DNA from: Thermotogota bacterium
GTDB lineage: Bacteria > Thermotogota > Thermotogae > Petrotogales > Kosmotogaceae
Direction: 5' to 3'
Length of the DNA stretch: 11,805 nucleotides
Assembly: GCA_034660555.1 (NCBI GenBank)
Contig: JAYEJL010000095.1
Location: 1 to 11,805, forward strand
The translations under genes and the position numbers were made by a program. The notes under the pieces are model-generated. The model saw only the letters and a list, made by a program, of their open reading frames with translations. It did no database searches and was not told the origin of the DNA. Below are positions 1 to 7,199 of the stretch, piece after piece (the first letter of the stretch is position 1; each line of letters starts with the position of its first letter).

Positions 1-43
1 CGTTTTCTACTAGAAACTGTTGTATAATATTCTTTAGTTTCAT
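1..43 (-). CDS. Possible 5' end of a divergent gene running off the window (MKLKNIIQQFLVEN...)
   Basis: The minus strand reads AAGGAGG-gatacagggc-ATG AAA CTA AAG AAT..., with the frame open to the window edge. Only 14 codons are visible. Confidence 0.4.
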   Translation of the reverse strand, partial: MKLKNIIQQFLVEN

Positions 44-105
44 GCCCTGTATCCCTCCTTTATATAGGTTTGTCCTATTATAGGATACAGGGCTTTTATC
101 TTTTT
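44..105 (+). terminator. Strong hairpin with U-tract (terminator-like, or a structured leader of the divergent gene)
   Basis: GCCCTGTATCC (44-54) pairs with GGATACAGGGC (83-93) in a perfect 11-bp stem. There is an inner stem ATAGG/CCTAT, and TTTTATCTTTTT follows. Confidence 0.55.
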
Positions 106-200
106 ACAGCATCAATTTTACGCTGTCGTTTTATTAAATGATATATATTGTGAAACAACAGTAATGATGCCATATAAGCTTTATTATTTAAAAAGTGAAA

Positions 201-209
201 TGTTATAAT
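201..209 (+). promoter_or_regulatory. Extended -10 promoter element for the alkaline phosphatase gene
   Basis: TGTTATAAT matches TGnTATAAT and lies about 35 nt upstream of ATG 245. RBS GGAGGTGA is at 232-239. Confidence 0.6.
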
Positions 210-244
210 AATTATTGTTCAATTTTTTTATGGAGGTGAAATTT

Positions 245-1564
245 ATGAAGAAACTGCTCCTCGTTATGTTGCTTTCCTTAATGCTGGTAACACTAGTGGC
301 AGCTAGTTATACCAAGAATGTTATTTTACTTATAGGAGACGGAATGGGTATTAATCATGTTCTCTTAACAAGTTTTATCGAAGAAAGAGAGCTTCATATG
401 ATGAAAGCGCCATATTTTGGAAGTGCCACTACATATTCTGCCAACAGCAATGTCACTGACTCAGCAGCAGCGGGAACATCACTATCAACAGGATTTAAGA
501 CGAATAACGGAATGATAGGAATGTTACCAGATGGAACAATTATACCCAATATTGCAGAAATAGCAGCCAAAAATGGAGTAAGAACAGGAATTGTTGCTAC
601 ATGCCGCGTAACTCATGCCACACCTGCATCTTTCTACGGACATGTTGAAGACAGAGGTTACGAGAATGTTCTTGCTGAGCAATTAGTTAACAGTCCTCTT
701 GATGTTGTTCTTGGAGGAGGCTGGCGTCATTTTGTACCGATAGGCGGAAAAAGAAATGACGGCAAGGATCTTATTGCACTTGCTAGATCAAAGGGTTTCG
801 ACTATGTAACAAAAAAGAGTGAACTCATGAATTATGAAGGAGACAAACTTCTTGGGCTTTTTTCATCAAGTCATCTTGATGCAGTAACAGAAAGAAGCGG
901 AGAACAACCGTTATTACCTGAAATGACAGAGAAAGCACTTGAAGTCCTATCAAAAGACGGTGAACCTTTCTTCCTTATGGTTGAAGGTTCACAGATAGAT
1001 TGGGAAGCTCATGGTAATGATGTATATGGCATTTGGAAGGAAATAGTAGAATTTGATAATGCTGTGAAAGTTGCCCTGGATTTTGCTGAGAAACATCCAA
1101 ATACACTGGTTGTTGTTACAGCAGATCACGAAACTGGTGGTCTGGGTCTATCAAGTGGCGGTTACACTATGAATTTAGAAAAGATAAGAAATGACTACAC
1201 ACGAACAGCAGACTGGCTTTTTTATAATCACGGAGATTCAATTGAAGAGCTGAAATCTGCTATGAAAAGATACTGCAACGTTGAAATGACAGAAGAAGAT
1301 GTGGAGCTTTACAAGAGAATGAGTGCTGAATCTTATTATGGCGGTCCCAATTCAATAGGTACAATACTCAGTAATCATGTTGATATTGGATGGACAACAT
1401 ATGATCATAGTGCAGCTCCAGTTCCAGTGTTTGCCTTTGGCCCTGGTGCAGAGAAATTTACAGGAATATATGATTTAACACAAATACCAAGAATGATTGG
1501 GCAGCTTGCAGGTTATGAAATGATTTACCCAGTTTATCAGGTTCCATCTCTTGGTGAATACTGA
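245..1564 (+). CDS. phoA: Secreted alkaline phosphatase (PhoA family)
   Basis: Start moved to ATG 245, behind GGAGGTGA. Signal peptide MKKLLLVMLLSLMLVTLVAA. Motifs IGDGMG, VTDSAAAGT (catalytic Ser), THATPA, MVEGSQIDWEAH, TADHETGG and a C-terminal H (YDHS). Confidence 0.95.
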   Translation: MKKLLLVMLLSLMLVTLVAASYTKNVILLIGDGMGINHVLLTSFIEERELHMMKAPYFGSATTYSANSNVTDSAAAGTSLSTGFKTNNGMIGMLPDGTIIPNIAEIAAKNGVRTGIVATCRVTHATPASFYGHVEDRGYENVLAEQLVNSPLDVVLGGGWRHFVPIGGKRNDGKDLIALARSKGFDYVTKKSELMNYEGDKLLGLFSSSHLDAVTERSGEQPLLPEMTEKALEVLSKDGEPFFLMVEGSQIDWEAHGNDVYGIWKEIVEFDNAVKVALDFAEKHPNTLVVVTADHETGGLGLSSGGYTMNLEKIRNDYTRTADWLFYNHGDSIEELKSAMKRYCNVEMTEEDVELYKRMSAESYYGGPNSIGTILSNHVDIGWTTYDHSAAPVPVFAFGPGAEKFTGIYDLTQIPRMIGQLAGYEMIYPVYQVPSLGEY

Positions 1565-1577
1565 TCAAAAAGTTAAG

Positions 1578-1610
1578 AAAATGCCCCCACTATATGGGGG
1601 CATTTTTATT
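1578..1610 (+). terminator. Intrinsic terminator after phoA
   Basis: AAAATGCCCCCA-ctata-TGGGGGCATTTT, followed by more Ts. Confidence 0.85.
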
Positions 1611-1639
1611 TGATTGTATAATTGATATGAGGTGAGTTT

Positions 1640-4294
1640 ATGAAAAAAATTCTGTTAGCAATAATTATTTTGTTAGTTTTCTCTTGTTTGTTTTCTGCTT
1701 CATACAGTATTGAAGCAGATTTTAACCCTGAAGAGCTCACGGTTGATGGCACTGCACTGATTGAATTGAATGGAGAAGAATCAAAATTTCTTTTATTACC
1801 AAACCTGAACATGAGTGATAACCTATATCTACATACATTTTTTGAAGGTGGAAGGACAAGGATAGAAATAACAGGCGTTTACGATAACAATCATGATAAG
1901 TTATCCTATAATATCGAAACATATCCAGCAACACTTCTTGCCGATAAGAAATTGAGAGAAAAATGCTTCCTTGTAACTGAACAGAGAGACGCAGTTATAA
2001 TCAGCTTTAGGACTTTTTATGAAGAGAGGTTTGAACCGGAAAATACACTGCAGAAGAGCATTTTTTTGTGGCGATTTGCGTGGTATCCCCTTCATGTTTC
2101 GGATACTGATACGTTTATATTAGAACCACATAAGTGGAAATTATCGCTGAACTATCCGGAAAAATGGCTTCCGGTAGTAAATGCTGAAGAAATAGTAAAG
2201 GATACCTGGGAAACAGAAAAAGAGCTATCAGCTTGTCCCCTAATTTTTGTAAGAAAAGACGATTACAAAACCACCTCTCTAAATGGGGAAAACTACACGG
2301 TAAAAGTCATGCACAAAAAGGGTTTAACCGGAGTGGGTGCGTCAGTTGCGACTTATGCAATGCAGGTATTGAACTCGCTGGATAAAGATTTCGGAAGGCT
2401 TCCCTATTCTGACATATTTGTCATTCAAAATCCTTATCCCGGTCTGTATGGAATGACAACAAGTGGCGTTGTGTCGCTGGGGGATGGTTTTTTCTCCACT
2501 GTTGATCTATGGATAAATGGGCTTCTTGATCCCCTCAATATGTACGTTGTTGCGCATGAAATCACTCATCTCTGGTTTGGAGTAGGAACGAGTACAGATT
2601 TTCTTAGAGGAAATTTTCTTAGCGAAGGAATAACAGATTATATTGCTCACAATACTTTTAAAGAGTTGTACGGTGATGATGATTACTTTAACTGGGATGC
2701 ACCTGATGTAGTAATGGGTTTACTGAAAGATCTTGGTATTCCGGAAACTCTTTCTGAAGCTGATCAATATCTACTACTGGACATGAAAAGGTCAAAGGTT
2801 GAATCTGCTGTGGCTGATAATGTTGGCGAAATTCCTGTAAATTACCAGAGCATTGTTTATTATCAAAAAGCCAAGAGAGCTTTTTTCATGTTGCAGGATT
2901 ACCTTGGTAAAGATAGGTTGTATGAAATTTTATCCAGATATCAGAAAGAATCTTTTTATGTTCCTATGAGTGCAAATTCCTTTATAGAATTTATGTCTAA
3001 ATATGTTGATGGGGCAATTATCGACGATCTGTTTTTGAATAAAGACAACTTTGATGCCAGCGTTTACAGAACCCCGGAAGGGATAAAAATTGATCTTGAT
3101 GGTAGAAATGTACCTGTAAAGGTAGAGGCAATAAGTCCCGAATCTTCGGAAACATTTGTCTTAACTGAGTCAACTACACTCGCACACTTAACAGAGTACG
3201 AGCAGATTCATATCGATCCTGATTATCATAGTTACGATATAGAAAGACATAACAATCACTGGCCACCCCTTATAAACAATCCCTTTGATCTAAAAAAAGA
3301 ACACAACGAACTGGATGCTTATGATCTGCAACTTAGTACATCGATTGCTTTCAACGCTGAAGGAATAGTACTTAATAATGGATTGTTCTTTTCAAAATAT
3401 CCCTATTACACCTTTGGCCTTTTGCAGTTCTCAGATTATTCTCAAGATATTCTTAGTGAGTATTTTGGAGCCATAGTTCAGTATTCACCGGATAATTACA
3501 GCAATTATGAGTTGAAGTTTGATTCTAGAGAGGGCATAGAAGGTTCATTAACGTTATCCTTCCCGGAAAAAATCAATATAGGAGAAAGTGCTCCATATTT
3601 CTTACCGCGAACCTCGATAAATGCAAGAGGATTGTATTCGTTAAATTATGATATATGCCTACTTGAAACAGGTATCAGTTTTGACAATGTTATTAAATCA
3701 GGAATATATTCTGTGATGGCCGGACTTTTCGGACATGTCGAGGAATATGACCCGGCACTTTTTGAATTCCAATTTGGATACATTCCAGATTTTAATTTGC
3801 CCATTTCACCGCATTTATCCCTTTCATATTCAGCAGATATTTTTAATCAGGAACTAATTAACCCATTTTATGATCTGACAAGCCTTGTTGCTACAGATAA
3901 TTCAATGGACCCGTTATTTTCCAGTATTGACGGTTCTGTTGATTTGTTAAAGATTGAAGCTGGTTTTTCAATGTCTCAGGAAATGCAAAACAGAGTCAAC
4001 GTATTGAACCTGTTTTCTTTTGGAGGAGTAGGGTTCACTCTGGAAGGAGGTTATAGGTATTTTAATACCACAGATGATACATATAATGTCTTAGAATTCA
4101 ATGCTACGCTAATGTCAAAAATCTTCATAATAGGTGATACACCTCTCAATCTTGGAATAACATTTTCCGTTTTGGGTGAACCATTTAAGGATCTTCAAAC
4201 CGTTGCGCTTAAGGCATCTCTTTCTTTGGGAACAAGTATGTATTATGGTGCCAAATTCTCAGGAATAATGAAGAAATTAATCGGTTATAAGTAG
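1640..4294 (+). CDS. Secreted M1-family (gluzincin) zinc metallopeptidase with a large C-terminal extension
   Basis: Signal peptide, HEITH-x18-E zinc motif (VVAHEITHLWFG...LSEGITDY), downstream YYQKA (catalytic Tyr region) and IDPD...D...NN motif. RBS GAGGTGA at 1629-1635; TATAAT at 1617-1622. Confidence 0.85.
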   Translation: MKKILLAIIILLVFSCLFSASYSIEADFNPEELTVDGTALIELNGEESKFLLLPNLNMSDNLYLHTFFEGGRTRIEITGVYDNNHDKLSYNIETYPATLLADKKLREKCFLVTEQRDAVIISFRTFYEERFEPENTLQKSIFLWRFAWYPLHVSDTDTFILEPHKWKLSLNYPEKWLPVVNAEEIVKDTWETEKELSACPLIFVRKDDYKTTSLNGENYTVKVMHKKGLTGVGASVATYAMQVLNSLDKDFGRLPYSDIFVIQNPYPGLYGMTTSGVVSLGDGFFSTVDLWINGLLDPLNMYVVAHEITHLWFGVGTSTDFLRGNFLSEGITDYIAHNTFKELYGDDDYFNWDAPDVVMGLLKDLGIPETLSEADQYLLLDMKRSKVESAVADNVGEIPVNYQSIVYYQKAKRAFFMLQDYLGKDRLYEILSRYQKESFYVPMSANSFIEFMSKYVDGAIIDDLFLNKDNFDASVYRTPEGIKIDLDGRNVPVKVEAISPESSETFVLTESTTLAHLTEYEQIHIDPDYHSYDIERHNNHWPPLINNPFDLKKEHNELDAYDLQLSTSIAFNAEGIVLNNGLFFSKYPYYTFGLLQFSDYSQDILSEYFGAIVQYSPDNYSNYELKFDSREGIEGSLTLSFPEKINIGESAPYFLPRTSINARGLYSLNYDICLLETGISFDNVIKSGIYSVMAGLFGHVEEYDPALFEFQFGYIPDFNLPISPHLSLSYSADIFNQELINPFYDLTSLVATDNSMDPLFSSIDGSVDLLKIEAGFSMSQEMQNRVNVLNLFSFGGVGFTLEGGYRYFNTTDDTYNVLEFNATLMSKIFIIGDTPLNLGITFSVLGEPFKDLQTVALKASLSLGTSMYYGAKFSGIMKKLIGYK

Positions 4295-4302
4295 GTGATA
4301 AT

Positions 4303-5439
4303 ATGATCTTGATTAAAGGTGGAGTTATTTACACTCCAGAGTGTTTTGGCAAAGCGGACTTAATTATAGCTGGCGATAGGGTTGTTTCACTCAGGGAAAA
4401 ATCAACTCAGATTAATAACAATGATTTATTTGATAAAATATATGATGTTTCTGGTAGTATCATTGTTCCTGGTTTTGTCGATGGTCATGTTCATCTTATA
4501 GGCGGCGGTGGCGAAGGTGGTTTTACAACAAGAACTACCGGCGCAGAAGAGGGTGATTTTTCAAAGGCAGGTACTACAACAGTTATTGGACTTCTTGGTA
4601 CAGATGGAATAACCCGGGATCTTACTTCACTTCTAGCAAAGGTTAGGGCATTCAATGAAAGAGGGCTAAGGTCCTTTATGCTTTCTGGTTCATATGGATA
4701 CCCTGTAAAAACTATAACGGGCAATATTGAAAAAGATATTGTTCTGATACCTGAAATTCTCGGAGCCGGAGAAATAGCAATATGTGATCACCGTGGCAGT
4801 GGAATTAATGGAGACGAACTTAAGAGACTTGCACTGGAAGTAAGACGTGGATCAATGCTTGCTGGTAAAAAAGGGACAGTTGTCTGTCATATGGGAGGTT
4901 CTCCAGATGGTATGAAACCTTTATTTGAAGCAGTAGAGAGTGGTGAATTACCATCCTCTGTTTTATTACCTACCCATGTGTCAAGAAACGATAATCTTCT
5001 GGATCAAGCTATCCACTGGGTGGAAAAGACAGGCGGCTTTATTGATTTTACTGCAGGAGAAAAATCAATACACTACTTGAAAGACATCGTGAAAAAGGAT
5101 CATTTATTGAACAATATTACAGTTTCCACGGATGGGTGCGGAAGTTTGCCTGTGTTTGACAAAGACGGTAATCTTGAAGGTATCAAGTCTGCGCCTGTTG
5201 ACACCTTGATGCGAACATTCAGGATGCTAGTCAAGGCAGGCATTTCTATCGAGAATACATTGAAGCTTTTATCATGCAATCCCGCAAAAATCTTTGGTTT
5301 GCTGGAAGAAGGCGTCGGTCAAATTAAGGTAAACGGTCTTGCATCTTTTGTCATAATGTCCGGGGACTCTATGGAAATTACTCATGTCTTTGGTTCTGGA
5401 AGGCTACTGTACAAAGCAGTTGGTCACGGACCGGTGTAA
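4303..5439 (+). CDS. iadA: Isoaspartyl dipeptidase / beta-aspartyl peptidase (amidohydrolase superfamily)
   Basis: Motifs PGFVDGHVHLIGGGGEGGFTTRT, GTTTVIGLLGTDGITR, GSY, GEIAICDHR, HMG, PTHVSR and STDGCGSLP. Its RBS AGGTGA overlaps the upstream stop codon. Confidence 0.93.
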   Translation: MILIKGGVIYTPECFGKADLIIAGDRVVSLREKSTQINNNDLFDKIYDVSGSIIVPGFVDGHVHLIGGGGEGGFTTRTTGAEEGDFSKAGTTTVIGLLGTDGITRDLTSLLAKVRAFNERGLRSFMLSGSYGYPVKTITGNIEKDIVLIPEILGAGEIAICDHRGSGINGDELKRLALEVRRGSMLAGKKGTVVCHMGGSPDGMKPLFEAVESGELPSSVLLPTHVSRNDNLLDQAIHWVEKTGGFIDFTAGEKSIHYLKDIVKKDHLLNNITVSTDGCGSLPVFDKDGNLEGIKSAPVDTLMRTFRMLVKAGISIENTLKLLSCNPAKIFGLLEEGVGQIKVNGLASFVIMSGDSMEITHVFGSGRLLYKAVGHGPV

Positions 5440-5518
5440 TAAATGCTGTTCTAAAATAAACAAAAATGAAAAAATGTGTCAAAATACCCATAACTGTTCT
5501 TATTAGAGAGGCCTGTGG

Positions 5519-5527
5519 TGTTATAAT
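5519..5527 (+). promoter_or_regulatory. Extended -10 promoter for the SLH protein gene
   Basis: TGTTATAAT, followed by RBS AAGGGGGG (5548-5555) before ATG 5564. Confidence 0.6.
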
Positions 5528-5563
5528 GAAAGTACATTTAGTTATTCAAGGGGGGACGGAGTT

Positions 5564-6319
5564 ATGAAGAAAGTGATGACCCTTCTTATCATGTTATCAC
5601 TTGCGGCGTTTTTATTTGGTTTTGAGGATCTTAATGAAGACCACTGGGCTTATTCAGCCGTTAATGAGCTTTATGAAGAAGGTATACTTGAAGGTATCTT
5701 TGAGGGAGGCGTTTTTGAAGGAAATACATCAGTTTCAAGGTTTGAGTTGGCGGTTACTTTAAAGAATATCATGGATTATGTTGATAATGGTGATGAAACC
5801 ATTGTAGAAAAACTTGTTGCTCTTGAGACAAGCGTAAAATCTCTGGAAAGCATCGAAAATTCATTTGAGGACCTTGATGTTAAAACAGAAAGCAATCTCA
5901 GATTGTTAACAGCTCTGGAAAAAAAGGTTGAGGAACATTATACCGAACTAAACAAAAAGTATTCAGACTTGAGTGTTAGATTTAGTTCTGTTGAAAAAGG
6001 GCTTTCGGGATTCGAAAACAGAGTTTCCGGTCTTGAAAATGAAATGGCAGAGGTTAAAAATAGTCTTTCCCGCGTTAAAGGAAACGTTGGTAATCTTGAA
6101 AAACTATATGATTCGTTAGTTAAGAAAATCAACGAAGTTGATCAAAAAGCTGACAAAGTAATTAATACTGCGAATAATGCCATCGAAAAAGCCAATAAAC
6201 TGGAATCTCAGGTAGGCGAGAATACACGTTCGATGAATAATTTAAGAACAACTATAAACATCTTGATCATCGCGAATGTAGTAATTTTGATTATTGCTTT
6301 GGTGGGATTGTTCACATAG
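5564..6319 (+). CDS. S-layer homology (SLH) domain, coiled coil and C-terminal hydrophobic anchor; Omp-alpha/OmpA1-like toga protein
   Basis: Signal peptide, one SLH domain (FEDLNEDHWAYSAVNELYEEGILEG...GNTSVSRFELAV), long heptad-repeat region and hydrophobic tail INILIIANVVILIIALVGLFT. Confidence 0.88.
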   Translation: MKKVMTLLIMLSLAAFLFGFEDLNEDHWAYSAVNELYEEGILEGIFEGGVFEGNTSVSRFELAVTLKNIMDYVDNGDETIVEKLVALETSVKSLESIENSFEDLDVKTESNLRLLTALEKKVEEHYTELNKKYSDLSVRFSSVEKGLSGFENRVSGLENEMAEVKNSLSRVKGNVGNLEKLYDSLVKKINEVDQKADKVINTANNAIEKANKLESQVGENTRSMNNLRTTINILIIANVVILIIALVGLFT

Positions 6320-6330
6320 GTAAATGAACT

Positions 6331-6352
6331 GGCCGGGATATTTTTCCCGGCC
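6331..6352. terminator. Hairpin between convergent genes (probable shared terminator)
   Basis: GGCCGGGA/TCCCGGCC stem between the stops at 6319 (+) and 6356 (-). U-tracts are weak. Confidence 0.7.
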
Positions 6353-6355
6353 TTC

Positions 6356-6844
6356 TCATTTACAGAACACTCGTTTTAATCTTCTTTTTATTGCTTCTCT
6401 ATTGTCACAGGTAAGAAAAATAGTTTCATAATCAGGTAATTGCTTGATTCTTTTTAAAAAAGTGTTGTCATCTTTTCTAATAACACAAATGCCTTCTTTT
6501 GCATTCTTAAGTACGTTTTCAATAATATTCATAAACTGAGTTGATTGTTGTTCAATATACCCCAGTTCATCGATAATTAGCGTTTTCTTGTTAGTAAATG
6601 ATCTGTTTATGGCTTGCGATACTTTCAGCAATTTATCTCTCTTTGCCTTCATATAGCCATATTTATTTCTTTCTGCTATCAGGGAGCGAGTTCTATGATT
6701 AATGATTTGCAGATAAAGGCGGTTTTCTGTATGATCAAAAAATGTTGTAAAGCCTTCAATATCAAGCCTACATTCTTTTACTATGTTTTTAAGAAGAGTG
6801 CTCTTTCCGCATTCGCGTTCGCCGGTGATAAAGTATCTTTTCAT
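6356..6844 (-). CDS. Nucleoside-triphosphatase, THEP1/NTPase_1 family (P-loop)
   Basis: YFITGERECGKSTL (Walker A), GFTT, LIIDELGYIE (Walker B) and C-terminal LTCDNRE. The second ATG (6844) is preferred because RBS AGGTGA directly abuts ATG 6850 but lies 6 nt from 6844. Confidence 0.85.
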   Translation of the reverse strand: MKRYFITGERECGKSTLLKNIVKECRLDIEGFTTFFDHTENRLYLQIINHRTRSLIAERNKYGYMKAKRDKLLKVSQAINRSFTNKKTLIIDELGYIEQQSTQFMNIIENVLKNAKEGICVIRKDDNTFLKRIKQLPDYETIFLTCDNREAIKRRLKRVFCK

Positions 6845-6856
6845 TTTCATTCACCT

Positions 6857-6881
6857 AAAAAAAGGAGAGGTTAACCTCTCC
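6857..6881 (-). terminator. Intrinsic terminator of tRNA-Cys
   Basis: GGAGAGG-ttaa-CCTCTCC followed by T7 on the minus strand. Confidence 0.85.
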
Positions 6882-6883
6882 TC

Positions 6884-6960
6884 TGGAGGCGACGGAGGGA
6901 TTTGAACCCTCGAATAGAGATTTTGCAGACCTCCGCCTTTGACCCCTTGGCTACGTCGCC
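6884..6960 (-). tRNA. tRNA-Cys (GCA)
   Basis: Reverse complement folds as GGCGACG...GAGGT-CTGCAAA-ATCTC...GAGGG-TTCAAAT-CCCTC-CGTCGCC-T-CCA. U73 discriminator and encoded CCA. Confidence 0.97.
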
Positions 6961-6972
6961 TTTGCACTAAAG

Positions 6973-7001
6973 ATTTTACCATGCATGGATGGTAACTTCA
7001 A
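6973..7001 (-). promoter_or_regulatory. Sigma70-type promoter of tRNA-Cys
   Basis: Minus strand TTGAAG-17 nt-TAAAAT, with a TG extension. Confidence 0.75.
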
Positions 7002-7050
7002 CAATCGCAAAATAAGGTGTCTGTGCTTGATTTACCCATGTTTAAACCTG

Positions 7051-7079
7051 TTGACAGCCCAATTAACTTGATGTACAAT
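7051..7079 (+). promoter_or_regulatory. Sigma70-type promoter of tRNA-Asp
   Basis: TTGACA (7051-7056), 17 nt, TACAAT (7074-7079). Confidence 0.88.
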
Positions 7080-7089
7080 TTTATCCGAT

Positions 7090-7166
7090 GGGGACGTGGT
7101 GAAGTTGGTTATCATGCCGGTCTGTCACACCGGTGGCCGCGAGTTCGAGTCTCGTCGTCCCCGCCA
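7090..7166 (+). tRNA. tRNA-Asp (GTC)
   Basis: GGGGACG/CGTCCCC acceptor stem, CCGGT-CTGTCAC-ACCGG anticodon arm, GCGAG-TTCGAGT-CTCGT T arm, G73 and encoded CCA. Confidence 0.97.
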
Positions 7167-7168
7167 GA

Positions 7169-7199
7169 AAGGGAACCTTTATGGTTCCCTTATATTTTT
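7169..7199. terminator. Bidirectional terminator shared by tRNA-Asp and the convergent HEPN-like gene
   Basis: AAGGGAACC-tttat-GGTTCCCTT, then ATATTTTT. It overlaps the minus-strand stop at 7190. Confidence 0.8.

Noticed and set aside
105..117. 13-mer TACAGCATCAATT shared with 9880-9892 (both intergenic)
   Set aside because: One such match is plausible by chance in 12 kb of AT-rich DNA. It is not palindromic and sits at different distances from the starts.
121..200. Pho box or Rex-like operator upstream of phoA
   Set aside because: There are no 11-bp-spaced TGTCA-like repeats, and TTGTGAA has no matching second half-site.
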